A stretch of DNA of 64,000 nt, from assembly GCA_900548725.1 (NCBI GenBank), contig URLV01000001.1:3591-67590 (forward strand). The letters run 5' to 3'. Source of the stretch: an uncultured Mycoplasmatota bacterium (GTDB taxonomy: Bacteria > Bacillota_I > Bacilli_A > RF39 > UBA660). The notes beneath the pieces are model-generated. The model was not told the origin of the DNA. It did no database searches and saw only the letters and a program-made list of their open reading frames with translations. This document shows positions 1-11,964 of the stretch, one piece after another (the stretch's first letter is position 1; each line of letters begins with the position of its first letter). A program made the position numbers and the translations under genes.

Positions 1-624
1 TCTATCTAATACAACTTCTGTTTTATCAAATATTTCTTTTTTACCTTTATTCATTACTAATATTTTATCCATATATAATAATTCTTCCATATTGCTAGTA
101 ACATTTAATAATGTAATATTCTTTTCTTTAATATAATTTAATATTTTAATCTTTCTATCTAGTTCTAAATAAGTTAATAAATCATCTATACAAAATAAAC
201 TTGGCATAATTATTAACAATGATAATATTTTAATATAAATTCTATCTTCTGTATTTAAATCTATAAAATCTTTATCTATTATATCTTCTAATTTAAAATA
301 ATCTATAAAATCATTTATTCTATTATCTATATCAATTTTATTATTATTTATCTTATTTAAATAATATTTTAGTTCATCTAAAGGATTATTAGTATTATAA
401 ATATTATCATCAAAAACACATACTATATTATTTCTTTTATAATCTAAATTGTATTGATTAATGTCAATATTATCTATACAAATATTATTATTTTTAAATT
501 TACCACATATCATTTTTAAAAGTATTGTTTTCCCACATCCATTAGTTCCTATTACCCCAACTAATTCAGATGAATTTATATTAACATTTAAGTGTTTTAT
601 ATTTATTGTCTTTATACCAATCAC
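1..624 (-). CDS. ABC transporter ATP-binding protein, partial (3' end beyond window); GTG start
   Basis: The reverse-strand translation gives VIGIKTINIKHLNVNINSSELVGVIGTNGCGKT (Walker A) and later IDDLLTYL (Walker B/D-loop-like). An in-frame TAG lies just upstream of the GTG. The frame stays open through position 1. Confidence 0.55.
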   Translation of the reverse strand, partial: MIGIKTINIKHLNVNINSSELVGVIGTNGCGKTILLKMICGKFKNNNICIDNIDINQYNLDYKRNNIVCVFDDNIYNTNNPLDELKYYLNKINNNKIDIDNRINDFIDYFKLEDIIDKDFIDLNTEDRIYIKILSLLIIMPSLFCIDDLLTYLELDRKIKILNYIKEKNITLLNVTSNMEELLYMDKILVMNKGKKEIFDKTEVVLDR

Positions 625-665
625 ACCCTAACTATCTAAATTTTATCAAAAAAAATAGACAATGT

Positions 666-878
666 CTATTTAATAAAATCACACTTTACTCTATTTAATA
701 ATAATTTCGTATATTCTTCATCTTCAATTCTATTAATAGCAAAACACTTATTTCCTAAATTCTTAAAACTTGCTCCAGAATGATATAAAATTTTCTCATC
801 TATCATTAAAAAATCTCTATGATACTTCATAGAGATTTGACGACTTATGGCTTCAAAAGTTTCATAAGTACCAATCAA
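666..878 (-). CDS. hypothetical small protein (70 aa, TTG start); its start region overlaps repeat copy A
   Basis: ORF track only. No recognisable motif. Its 5' end lies inside the 40-bp repeat that also occurs upstream of the Abi gene. Confidence 0.2.
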   Translation of the reverse strand: MIGTYETFEAISRQISMKYHRDFLMIDEKILYHSGASFKNLGNKCFAINRIEDEEYTKLLLNRVKCDFIK

Positions 879-880
879 TT
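838..880. repeat. 40-bp direct repeat copy A (hairpin CTTATG-N13-CATAAG)
   Basis: The sequence acgacttatggcttcaaaagtttcataagtaccaatcaat is 36/40 identical to 1791-1830. Confidence 0.7.
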
Positions 881-901
881 TTAGTATATAACTTTTATAA
901 G

Positions 902-1768
902 TTAAATATTCTTATAAAAGCCCATTATTTTCAAAATATTATCTATTTTGATTGATTTAAGCTTATTATCTAAATCTTTTATTTCATTATTAATTAATTT
1001 AACAAATTCTTTTTTCTTTTCTTTAGGTAATAAACTTTCCATGCATTTCATTACCATATAAATATTAACTGATTTTTCATTATAATTTTTTTCAATATAT
1101 TTAAATGATATTCTAAATTTACTATGGAATGAAAATAATCTATCATTATGAGCACATATATTTCTAATCATTGTCATATTTACGATTATTTGTTTTAACA
1201 CTTTATCTGACAATTTAAAGTATTTACTTATATTTTGTCTATCCGGTTGTTTTAGTATAGCATATAATCTACTTAATTCTCCTAATGTTAGAATTTTAGT
1301 TAATACAAACGGTGGAACAAACCCATACTCACCAATATAATGAGTGACAGCTTCATGTTTTCCATTTTGTTTATCTATTTCTTCTTCTATAACATTAATT
1401 GATTCTGTAATAGTCGCTTCATTAACTGTATTATCAAAATTTTCTTTAATTAAATAACCTTTTATACCATATTTTAAAGATATTGTTTCTGCTAATAAAG
1501 ATTTTAAAATTAGTTCAATTTCTAATGAATATTTAAGAAATATATTTCTTAAATTTTTATCAAATTCAAACAAAGAATATATTTCGTCAAAAGATACATT
1601 ATTTTTATATTCATTATTTATATTTTTAAAAACATCTTTATAGGTATTTATGATTGAATAATAAGAATAAATTTTGATTTTGTTTAAAGCATCTCCTTTA
1701 TTATTAACAGATACACCTTTTGATATTATATAATCTAATAATTCATTAGAATTCTTATATTCTTTCAT
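902..1768 (-). CDS. Abi_2 family abortive infection protein (AbiD/AbiF-like)
   Basis: The C-terminal motif MIRNICAHNDRLFSF matches the Abi_2 signature (R-N-x-x-AH-x-x-RL[WF]). The protein is alpha-helical and 288 aa. It has its own RBS, GGAAGTGAG, before the ATG. Confidence 0.6.
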   Translation of the reverse strand: MKEYKNSNELLDYIISKGVSVNNKGDALNKIKIYSYYSIINTYKDVFKNINNEYKNNVSFDEIYSLFEFDKNLRNIFLKYSLEIELILKSLLAETISLKYGIKGYLIKENFDNTVNEATITESINVIEEEIDKQNGKHEAVTHYIGEYGFVPPFVLTKILTLGELSRLYAILKQPDRQNISKYFKLSDKVLKQIIVNMTMIRNICAHNDRLFSFHSKFRISFKYIEKNYNEKSVNIYMVMKCMESLLPKEKKKEFVKLINNEIKDLDNKLKSIKIDNILKIMGFYKNI

Positions 1769-1789
1769 AACTCACTTCCTTTAATAAAA

Positions 1790-1830
1790 AAACGACTTAG
1801 GGCTTCGAAAGTTTCCTAAGTACCAATCGA
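1790..1830. repeat. 40-bp direct repeat copy B (hairpin CTTAGG-N13-CCTAAG); on the minus strand it is followed by a T-run
   Basis: The sequence is acgacttagggcttcgaaagtttcctaagtaccaatcgat. Both stem halves are changed in a compensatory way relative to copy A. The minus strand reads ACTTAGG...CCTAAGT then cgttttttt, which is terminator/attenuator-like and sits immediately 5' of the Abi RBS. Confidence 0.6.
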
Positions 1831-2371
1831 TATAAATCATATCATAAATTATTATCATCGTCAATAATTTGTACAAAACTTTCTAAATTTCCATAAAAGG
1901 TTATGCATTAAAACATATCCACCTGCTAATTAAATGTTATAATAATTACTTAATAACTTTGATTTTTTTTTCAAGAGAACACTTTATATATCAACTTATA
2001 ACTTATAATTTTATATTAACGTTATTAATACTTTCAAAAGAAATTAAGTCTAATATTATTTGTCATGGCATTTAGTTGCTGATATTTTTCTTCCACTTAT
2101 CTCATACATTTTTTCTTTTATATTCATCCAAAACCCTCCCTTTTTAAAGAACAATACAAAAATAAGATATCTGCATATTTATCTTCATATTATTTCTTTT
2201 ATTTTATATTATAACATTACATACATACAACATCAATATAGAAATATATAAATGATTAATTTTAAATTTTTGTAAAAAAAAAGAAACACATCAACAAGAA
2301 TGTGTCCCTTGAATATTATTCTACAATATTTTTTAATTTAAAACATCAAATTAATTTAATATCGTAAACAA

Positions 2372-2396
2372 TCCGTACTCAAATAATACCCGTGAG
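2372..2396. terminator. stem-loop GTACTCA-N11-TGAGTAC, putative bidirectional terminator
   Basis: A perfect 7-bp inverted repeat lies immediately 3' of the minus-strand YihY gene stop. It is flanked by T-rich sequence on the plus strand. Confidence 0.35.
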
Positions 2397-2410
2397 TACA
2401 TTATTATTAT

Positions 2411-3310
2411 TTATTTTTTTCTTTCTTTTATTATACCAGTTTTTTCCAATTCATGATTTTCTACTTTAACATTCAAGCATAATCCAATAACGAATATATA
2501 ACATAACCAGTAAATCCATAACATCAAAATTGCTAGACCACTTAAACTTCCATAATATTTATCATATGCAGTAAAGTTGTTAATCCAACCACTATATAAA
2601 TAAGTAGCAATCAACCAAAATATTGTTGTAAATATTGCTCCCAAATTTAGTCCTTTAGTATCTACATCTTTGTCAGGTGCAATAACATATATAGATTTAA
2701 TAAAAAAATATATTATAAACCATGTAATTGGTCCTCTAATAATAGTTAATATAGGATCTATTATACTTTTTAAATTAAAGTAATCAAAACTACTAATAAT
2801 TTTATTACCCAATAAAGGAACTATTAAAACAAATATATATAAAATACAAAGTAACATAGTCATAACTATAGCTTTCATTCTTCTTTTTAAATAACTTGTT
2901 TGCTTAATTCCATAAATTTGATCACTAGCAACTATAATACTACTAGCACCATTTGCTGCAATAAAGAATAAAATACAAATTACACTAATATATTTTAAAC
3001 TAATTTCTTGTCCCATAATATTAGGAACAATTACTTCAAAATTAATACTACTAAAAATCCTATTTAAAAATGAACTTAAATCTTCAACTGTTAAACCAAA
3101 TGAACTTGCAATAGCAGTTATTATTGATAAAACCGGAACTACACTTAATATTACTGAGAAAGCTAGATGTCCAGGTAAAAAACACATTTCTGGTTTAAAT
3201 AATATTTCCCAAACTTTACTAAAAAAGTCTTTAAAATATTTTCTATTTTTATTAAATATTTTAGATAATAAATCTAATATTTTATTTATCATCATTATCC
3301 TCAAATGCAT
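2411..3310 (-). CDS. YihY/BrkB family inner-membrane protein
   Basis: The protein is polytopic. Its N-terminus, ...LLSKIF...FFSKVWEILFKPEMCFLPGHLAFSVILSVVPVLSI..., is typical of the YihY/virulence factor BrkB family. It has about 6 TM segments. Confidence 0.6.
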   Translation of the reverse strand: MHLRIMMINKILDLLSKIFNKNRKYFKDFFSKVWEILFKPEMCFLPGHLAFSVILSVVPVLSIITAIASSFGLTVEDLSSFLNRIFSSINFEVIVPNIMGQEISLKYISVICILFFIAANGASSIIVASDQIYGIKQTSYLKRRMKAIVMTMLLCILYIFVLIVPLLGNKIISSFDYFNLKSIIDPILTIIRGPITWFIIYFFIKSIYVIAPDKDVDTKGLNLGAIFTTIFWLIATYLYSGWINNFTAYDKYYGSLSGLAILMLWIYWLCYIFVIGLCLNVKVENHELEKTGIIKERKK

Positions 3311-5312
3311 TCTTATTTTTTCTCATCTGTATAGTTGCTTCATTAAATGCATCTTCTACTAATTTTAAGTCATCATTTATCATACTAAATCCCACTGCAA
3401 CACCATACTCATATGGTAATTTCTTAAATTCTTTTAATAATTTTTTAATATAACTAACAACTTGCTTTTCACTATAACCAACTAAATAAATCATAAATTC
3501 ATTACCATCAGTTCTTAAAAGTTCACTATTTTCTAACTGTGTTTTAAATAAAGCATTAGCGCAAGCTTTAATTTGCTTATCTCCTTCTTCATGTCCAAAA
3601 GTATCATTTAAATATTTTATATTATTTAAATCTAATACTATAACAGCTTGTGGATATACAGTATTTTGATTCCATATTTCCATTCTATCATTCAAATAAT
3701 TTCTATTTTTTAAACTAGTTAACATATCAACATATCTAATTTTTTCATTATTTTTTATTTTAGTATTTAATACAACTTTCTTCTTATTTCTAATAATTAT
3801 AAATATACCTATAACAATAACAATTATTAACATAATTATGTATTTAGCCAGCTTAACCGCTCTACTACCAGCTTCATAAGTTTTATAATATTTTATTAGA
3901 GCTAAATCAGTTACTTCATTAGGATTTAAAGAATTTATATAACTACTAAATAATCTATAAAAAGTATCACTATCATTTTTATAATAGAAATTATAACTAT
4001 CTCCATCAACTGTATCACTTAAAATAATATCTACATTACTAACATTATCAATAATATATGAATCATAAGTTAGCTTATCTACTAATACAACATTATTCTT
4101 CCTTAATAATTTTCTTACATCTTTATTCTTTTTATAAGTTTTAGTAACAACATTTTTATAATTACTTAAATAACTATATAAATTACTATTTTCTAAAACA
4201 TATACATCTCCATTATATGCTTTCAAACTATCAACATTAATCTTTAATTCTTTATTACTTATTAAATAATAATCTATTTTATAATTAGTATTAATTTTCT
4301 TATATTGTCCATTATAATTATTTTGTCCAAAAAATACATCTATTTTCTTCTTATCAATATCAAATTTTAAATCTTTGTATTTTCTAACTCTATTATATGT
4401 AAAATCAACATCACTAAATTTATTAAATAAAGTTAAATATTCACTTGCTATACCGCTAAATTTACCTTTACTTAATAGTTGATAAGGTTGAGAAACTATA
4501 AAATCAAATTTATAATTTTTATCAGTCAATTTATCTTCATCTTGATCACTTATATTTAAATTTTCAATGAACAAATTATAATTATTAGTATTATAACTAT
4601 CTTCATAATTTGCTTCCATCCATTGATTATAATATTTAGTTACAATAGAATTTAATACATCATCATTACCTAAATGTAAATAATAATATACTTTAGCATC
4701 ATTAAAGAAATAACATATGTTATAGCCTTTACTAATTATTTTATCTTCATACTGAATTCTAGGAACTATAATATATGAAACTTCTTTATTTTCAAAGTCC
4801 TTAAACAAATTATCCGTATTATCATAAGATTTAATTGTTCCACTCAAACTATAAAATGAACTTATATAATTTAAATCATCACTAAGGACACCTATAGTAC
4901 TATCTTTTATATCATTAATATTAGTAACGGTACTATCATCTAAACTTAATAGAACATAGTAATCTGTATAAAACAACAAATCTCTCTTATCATATGAATT
5001 ACCAACACTAAATCCAAAAGATTCATTTTTATTAGCAACAGAATACACAGAACTATTTAATTTTAAATCTAAATCTTCATCTAATTTATTTATAAAATCA
5101 AAAAACACACCATTACCATTTTTTCCAAATATATTTATATCATTAACAACGTTTATTGTATAAACACTGTTTTTATTATTACTAATCCAAGTTTTTTCAC
5201 TTATAGTTAAACTATTTTTATCTTTAAAAATTTTATAAACTCCTAATATAATACCACTTATTAGAAGCAGTGAAACAATACTAATTAATATAATCTTTTT
5301 AATTTTTTTCAT
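3282..5312 (-). CDS. membrane-anchored sensor protein with C-terminal GGDEF-type domain carrying degenerate signature (DGNEF)
   Basis: The order is an N-terminal TM, an extracytoplasmic domain of about 430 aa, a second TM (IIMLIIVIVIGIFIII), then a GGDEF fold. The GGDEF fold shows LTSLKNRNYL, VLDLNNIKYLNDTFGHEEGDKQI and RTDGNEFMI where RxGGDEF is expected. Confidence 0.6.
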   Translation of the reverse strand: MKKIKKIILISIVSLLLISGIILGVYKIFKDKNSLTISEKTWISNNKNSVYTINVVNDINIFGKNGNGVFFDFINKLDEDLDLKLNSSVYSVANKNESFGFSVGNSYDKRDLLFYTDYYVLLSLDDSTVTNINDIKDSTIGVLSDDLNYISSFYSLSGTIKSYDNTDNLFKDFENKEVSYIIVPRIQYEDKIISKGYNICYFFNDAKVYYYLHLGNDDVLNSIVTKYYNQWMEANYEDSYNTNNYNLFIENLNISDQDEDKLTDKNYKFDFIVSQPYQLLSKGKFSGIASEYLTLFNKFSDVDFTYNRVRKYKDLKFDIDKKKIDVFFGQNNYNGQYKKINTNYKIDYYLISNKELKINVDSLKAYNGDVYVLENSNLYSYLSNYKNVVTKTYKKNKDVRKLLRKNNVVLVDKLTYDSYIIDNVSNVDIILSDTVDGDSYNFYYKNDSDTFYRLFSSYINSLNPNEVTDLALIKYYKTYEAGSRAVKLAKYIIMLIIVIVIGIFIIIRNKKKVVLNTKIKNNEKIRYVDMLTSLKNRNYLNDRMEIWNQNTVYPQAVIVLDLNNIKYLNDTFGHEEGDKQIKACANALFKTQLENSELLRTDGNEFMIYLVGYSEKQVVSYIKKLLKEFKKLPYEYGVAVGFSMINDDLKLVEDAFNEATIQMRKNKNAFEDNDDK

Positions 5313-5320
5313 AACATCAC

Positions 5321-5794
5321 CTATTGAACATAATTAGTCCATTTTATTACAGAATTACCTGCTTTAATATAACCCATAACTGGAAAGTTTTCTTCTATAC
5401 TAGTATCTTTATTAGTTACTATATATTGTATGTCATAAAATTTCTTTTCATCTTCACTAAAATTTTCTAATGCAGACTGACATATTGCTTCACTATCAGA
5501 ATGTTTTCCAGTTTTTAATTCAATATTAACATAAATCAATTTACCCTTAATATTTATTTTTACACTATCAACTAATTCATTCTCTTTTATTTTATTTTCT
5601 ACTTCACTTTTTTTTGTATCAGTAATTTTTACATTATCTATTCCATCTAATCTATTACCATATTTATCTTTAGTAGTCTGTCCAACAAAATAGACTATAA
5701 CTCCTACTAATATAGATACTATACAAACAAGTGATACTAACATTAAAATAGAATATACTCTATTTCTCTTATAAAATTCTTTAAAATTTTTCAT
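5321..5794 (-). CDS. hypothetical membrane-anchored protein (start moved to ATG with RBS AAAGAGGTGG)
   Basis: There is a single N-terminal TM (SILMLVSLVCIVSILVGVIVYFV) and a strong SD 8 nt upstream of the internal ATG. The ORF-track start is 5830. Confidence 0.4.
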   Translation of the reverse strand: MKNFKEFYKRNRVYSILMLVSLVCIVSILVGVIVYFVGQTTKDKYGNRLDGIDNVKITDTKKSEVENKIKENELVDSVKINIKGKLIYVNIELKTGKHSDSEAICQSALENFSEDEKKFYDIQYIVTNKDTSIEENFPVMGYIKAGNSVIKWTNYVQ

Positions 5795-5855
5795 AATCCA
5801 CCTCTTTAATAAAATAATTATACAATACAATTATTTAATAATCAATCAAAGATAT

Positions 5856-5884
5856 TTGACTATAATCATATTTAATGATAGTAT
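5856..5884 (+). promoter_or_regulatory. putative sigma-A promoter (TTGACT-N17-TAGTAT) for the Fic-like gene
   Basis: The -35 and -10 hexamers have 17-nt spacing. They are followed by RBS AAAGAGGTGG and the ATG at 5911. Confidence 0.35.
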
Positions 5885-5910
5885 AACTTATCAAAAAGAG
5901 GTGGCCAATA

Positions 5911-6804
5911 ATGGGATATGAAGATTATATAGAAACATATGGAATCAATTTAACAGAAAAAGAAGCAACTAACATAATAAAATCTTTATTTGAATTGTAC
6001 GAAATAAAAAAGGAAAAAGGTACACTCTATCATCCTGGTGATGAAATTCCATACAACATAATAAATCTATACATGAATTTTATAAATAAAAAAGATCACA
6101 CAATAATATATGAAAACTATAAGTATAAATTTATTTCTAATGAAAGTATTGTAGAACCAGGTATTACTAAAGAAGAAATTGATGGAATAGAAAATGTATA
6201 TAATTACATAAGCATTTTTCAAAAAAATACACCAATAAACATATTCATTGAGTCATTTAAATTACATGCAAAATTATATGAAAAATGTCCTCACCCAGAA
6301 TTTGGAACAAAGTTAAGAGAAGACACTGCAGTTTTGTATGACACACCATATGAAGTTTTGCCAGGCGATTTATCAACTAAGGAATTTAATAAATACATTA
6401 GCAAAACATACGTTTATCAACCTTCAAATAAATTAATAAATTCATTAAACAACAAAACATGGGTGGATTTAAAGATATATAACACTATTTTCAAATATAT
6501 AAATGATTGTATTATTGATTGTGTAAATTTAATAAAATTACAACCATTTGATGATGGAAACAAAAGAACATTCAGAGCATTATTAAATTTATTATTTAAA
6601 CAAGCCGATATTCCACCAATTTACATAAAAAAAGATGAAAGAGATATTTATAAAAGAGAATTATTAAAAGCCATATGCGATGATAATTATGAAGATATTA
6701 TACAATTTTATTATTACAAAATTGCTGATTCAATAATAAGTTTAGGAATTAATAAAAATAAAGAAGAAAAACCAAAAAAATTAAAAAGAGAAAAAAGATA
6801 CTAA
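5911..6804 (+). CDS. Fic/DOC family protein with degenerate active-site motif
   Basis: The protein carries QPFDDGNKRTFRALLNLLF, which aligns to the Fic motif HPFx(D/E)GNGRxxR with H->Q and G->K substitutions. The rest is helical and has a lysine-rich C-terminal tail. Confidence 0.5.
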   Translation: MGYEDYIETYGINLTEKEATNIIKSLFELYEIKKEKGTLYHPGDEIPYNIINLYMNFINKKDHTIIYENYKYKFISNESIVEPGITKEEIDGIENVYNYISIFQKNTPINIFIESFKLHAKLYEKCPHPEFGTKLREDTAVLYDTPYEVLPGDLSTKEFNKYISKTYVYQPSNKLINSLNNKTWVDLKIYNTIFKYINDCIIDCVNLIKLQPFDDGNKRTFRALLNLLFKQADIPPIYIKKDERDIYKRELLKAICDDNYEDIIQFYYYKIADSIISLGINKNKEEKPKKLKREKRY

Positions 6805-6885
6805 AATTTTTACTTAGTATCTTTTTATATAAAATCTCCCCGTTAAAACATTATCTATTTCTAAAATCGCCAACAGACAATATAT

Positions 6886-8868
<1,983 letters not shown>

Positions 8869-8871
8869 TTA

Positions 8872-9756
8872 TCACCATAAATTCTTACTATATTCACCAT
8901 TATTAATTAATTTATTTATTGCATTTTTAACACTATATTTATCTTCTTTATAAGTAACTCCATACCAAACACTATCTGTTTCAATAACTTTAACACTTAT
9001 ATCGCCAGATTTGATATGTAGATCAACTACTTCAGGAATTAAAAATTCATCTTTTTCTTTATCTTTAATATTATTTAAGAAACTAACAAAATCATTTTCT
9101 AAATAATCAAATATTTTTGGAGTAAACAAAAGCATATTCATACTAACTAATCTATTAAGTTCTACATCATATTCTTTACCATCTACTAAAGACTTACAAT
9201 GTATATGATCATCAACTTTTTCAATACTACTTTCATTTATACCAGTAAGTACTCCATTTTCTATTTCACAAACACCACGTTTAACACTACCATTTTCAGT
9301 TATAGTATTACAAGCTCTATAACCAATCAAACCAAATTCTTTATCACTTATTCCATCACTTAAAAATTGATAAGCCTTAACAAAAGAATTTCTACCATAA
9401 AAATCATCTGCATTTATTATTGCAAAAGGTTCATTAATAGCATTTTTACATTCCAAAATGGCATGTCCAGTTCCCCAAGGTTTAACTCTTTCAAAATCTA
9501 TATTAACTGGAACATCTTCCATTTTTTGAAAAACATATTCTACATCAATCTTATCTTCTACTCTTTTACCAATAGTATTTTTAAAATCTTCATACATTTC
9601 TTTTTTAATAACAAATACTATCTTATTAAATCCTGCCTTCTTAGCATCATATACTGAATAATCAATAATAAATTCTCCGTTAGGACCCATAGGTTCCATT
9701 TGTTTTAAACCACCAAATCTGCTACCCATACCAGCAGCTAATATTAATAATGTCAT
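8872..9756 (-). CDS. sugar-phosphate nucleotidyltransferase family protein
   Basis: The N-terminus is LILAAGMGSRFGGLKQMEP, a G-x-G-x-R nucleotidyltransferase signature. Length is 294 aa. Confidence 0.55.
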   Translation of the reverse strand: MTLLILAAGMGSRFGGLKQMEPMGPNGEFIIDYSVYDAKKAGFNKIVFVIKKEMYEDFKNTIGKRVEDKIDVEYVFQKMEDVPVNIDFERVKPWGTGHAILECKNAINEPFAIINADDFYGRNSFVKAYQFLSDGISDKEFGLIGYRACNTITENGSVKRGVCEIENGVLTGINESSIEKVDDHIHCKSLVDGKEYDVELNRLVSMNMLLFTPKIFDYLENDFVSFLNNIKDKEKDEFLIPEVVDLHIKSGDISVKVIETDSVWYGVTYKEDKYSVKNAINKLINNGEYSKNLW

Positions 9757-9767
9757 AAATCTTCCTC

Positions 9768-11849
9768 CTATAATTTACTAATACTTTTATGATTTTTCAT
9801 TAATTTTTTTACTCCACTTTTAAATGCAACATCTATCAAATCACCATTCATATTTACTACAACACCAGTACCCAAACTTTCATGACTAATGATATCACCT
9901 ATTTTAATTTCTGCATTTTCACTCTTGTTATACATTTTTTTAGTATCAATTTTCTTTTCTACTTTGACACCCGCATCATTTTCTTCAATACAATTGCTAT
10001 CGATTTCATCTATAAATCTACTAGGCATATTCATAGTATCTTTACCATATAACATTCTTCTTTTAGCGTTAGTGATATATAATCTTTCTCTAGCTCTTGT
10101 AATACCAACATAACACAAACGTCTCTCTTCTTCAATACCATTTTCCATCAAACTCATTGTATGTGGAAATAATCCTTCTTCCATACCAATTAAGAAAACA
10201 ACATCAAACTCTAAACCTTTAGCACTATGTATAGTCATCAAAGTAACTTCATCACCATCTTCTTTATGACTAGACATATCACTTATCAAACTTATTTCTT
10301 CCAAGAACTCACCTAAACTAACCATACCAGTTCTCTCTTCAAACGAAGCAGTAATACTTTTAAATTCCATCAAGTTATCAAGTCTTAATTCATTTTCTAA
10401 TGTTTTATCTTCTTCTAATTCACGTCTCAAACCAGTCTTAGTTAAAACACTATCAATTAATTCTGTTAAACTCATATTATTGCTATCATTAACTAAATCA
10501 GTTATTAAATTCTTAAATTCAATTTCTTTATTAGTAGATAAAGCATCAAACATACTTATACCTTCTAACATACTAACATTCTCTAAATTTTTAATAGCAG
10601 CATCTCCTATACCACGTTTAGGAACATTAATGATTCTTCTTAAACTAACTTCATCATTATTATTATATATAAGTCTTAAATAACTAATTAAATCTTTAAT
10701 TTCTTTTCTATTATAAAAGTAATAGCTACCAACAACTTTATAAGGTATTCCTTTAGCAAGCATTCCTTCTTCAACTACACGACTTTGCGCATTTGTTCTA
10801 TAAAGTATTCCAATATCTTTTCTATCATATCCTTCATTTAAAAGCTTGTTTATTTCTTCAATAACTAGTGTTATCTCATGTTTTTCATCATAAGCTCTCA
10901 TATACTTAATCTTAATACCTTCACCCTTTTCACTCCATAATTTCAAATCTTTTCTCTCTTTATTATTTTTTATTACAGAGTTAGCAGCATTAAGTATATT
11001 ATTAGTACTTCTATAATTTTCTTCCAACTTAATAACTTTACAATCTTTATAATCTCTTTCAAAATTTAATATATTTCTATAATCAGCTTGTCTAAAAGCA
11101 TAAATACTTTGATTCATATCACCAACAACAAATATATTTTTATTCTTATTAGCAAGCAACTTAGTTAATTTATACTGTACTGGATTAGTATCCTGATATT
11201 CATCAATTAAAATATATTTATATCTATTCTGATATTGTTCTAATATATCTTTATGTTCACTAAATAATATTACAGGTTTACATAACAAATCATCAAAATC
11301 TATACTATTATTCTTAATCATTTTATCTAAATATATATGATAAACTTCTTTAACAACTAAATCTATATCAGTATTAAAACACTTTTCTATTTCCATATCA
11401 CTTAACATCTGACTTTTAATTAAACTAATTTTATTTCTTATATAATAAGGACTATAATGTTTAGGATCTAAATTCTTATCTTTAAGAATCTTTTTTATTA
11501 TACTTAAAACATCATCACTATCTATTATAGTAAAGTTTTTATCTAATCCTAAATACATATAATTTTCTCTTATTATTCTAAGACCAAACGAATGAAATGT
11601 CCCTATAAAACTAGATATATCATATCCAAATATTTTATTAACTCTTTCTTTCATTTCTTTAGCAGCTTTATTTGTAAATGTTATTGCAAGTATATTATAA
11701 TCTCTTATTCCATTTTCAATTAAATATGCAATTCTAGTAGTAAGTACTTTAGTTTTACCACTACCAGCACCAGCCATTACTAAGCATGGGCCATCTATAT
11801 GTTTAACAGCTTCTATCTGTTGTTTATTTAAATTATTTAATAGTTCCAT
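9768..11849 (-). CDS. pcrA: ATP-dependent DNA helicase PcrA (UvrD family)
   Basis: It has Walker A AGAGSGKT, a DExQD-like IDEYQDTN, and UvrD C-terminal motifs (VTLMTIHSAKGLEFDVVFL, YVGITRA). It sits adjacent to ligA, as in Firmicutes. Confidence 0.92.
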   Translation of the reverse strand: MELLNNLNKQQIEAVKHIDGPCLVMAGAGSGKTKVLTTRIAYLIENGIRDYNILAITFTNKAAKEMKERVNKIFGYDISSFIGTFHSFGLRIIRENYMYLGLDKNFTIIDSDDVLSIIKKILKDKNLDPKHYSPYYIRNKISLIKSQMLSDMEIEKCFNTDIDLVVKEVYHIYLDKMIKNNSIDFDDLLCKPVILFSEHKDILEQYQNRYKYILIDEYQDTNPVQYKLTKLLANKNKNIFVVGDMNQSIYAFRQADYRNILNFERDYKDCKVIKLEENYRSTNNILNAANSVIKNNKERKDLKLWSEKGEGIKIKYMRAYDEKHEITLVIEEINKLLNEGYDRKDIGILYRTNAQSRVVEEGMLAKGIPYKVVGSYYFYNRKEIKDLISYLRLIYNNNDEVSLRRIINVPKRGIGDAAIKNLENVSMLEGISMFDALSTNKEIEFKNLITDLVNDSNNMSLTELIDSVLTKTGLRRELEEDKTLENELRLDNLMEFKSITASFEERTGMVSLGEFLEEISLISDMSSHKEDGDEVTLMTIHSAKGLEFDVVFLIGMEEGLFPHTMSLMENGIEEERRLCYVGITRARERLYITNAKRRMLYGKDTMNMPSRFIDEIDSNCIEENDAGVKVEKKIDTKKMYNKSENAEIKIGDIISHESLGTGVVVNMNGDLIDVAFKSGVKKLMKNHKSISKL

Positions 11850-11964
11850 ATTCTACCTCACATATTAATTATTATATCAAATATCAATCTATTATTAAAT
11901 ACCTTTTTTTATAAAATAAAAACATTTGTTCACAAAAAAACTACAAAGTTGTAGTTCTATTATT

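Noticed and set aside
2060-2251. 63-aa plus-strand ORF in the 640-bp AT-rich intergenic region after the Abi gene
   Set aside because: It has no RBS and an extremely low-complexity translation. The region more likely holds promoter or terminator sequence.
9367-10683. Plus-strand ORFs of 96, 74 and 67 aa overlapping the nucleotidyltransferase gene and pcrA
   Set aside because: They are shadow ORFs antisense to conserved genes, with hydrophobic low-complexity translations.
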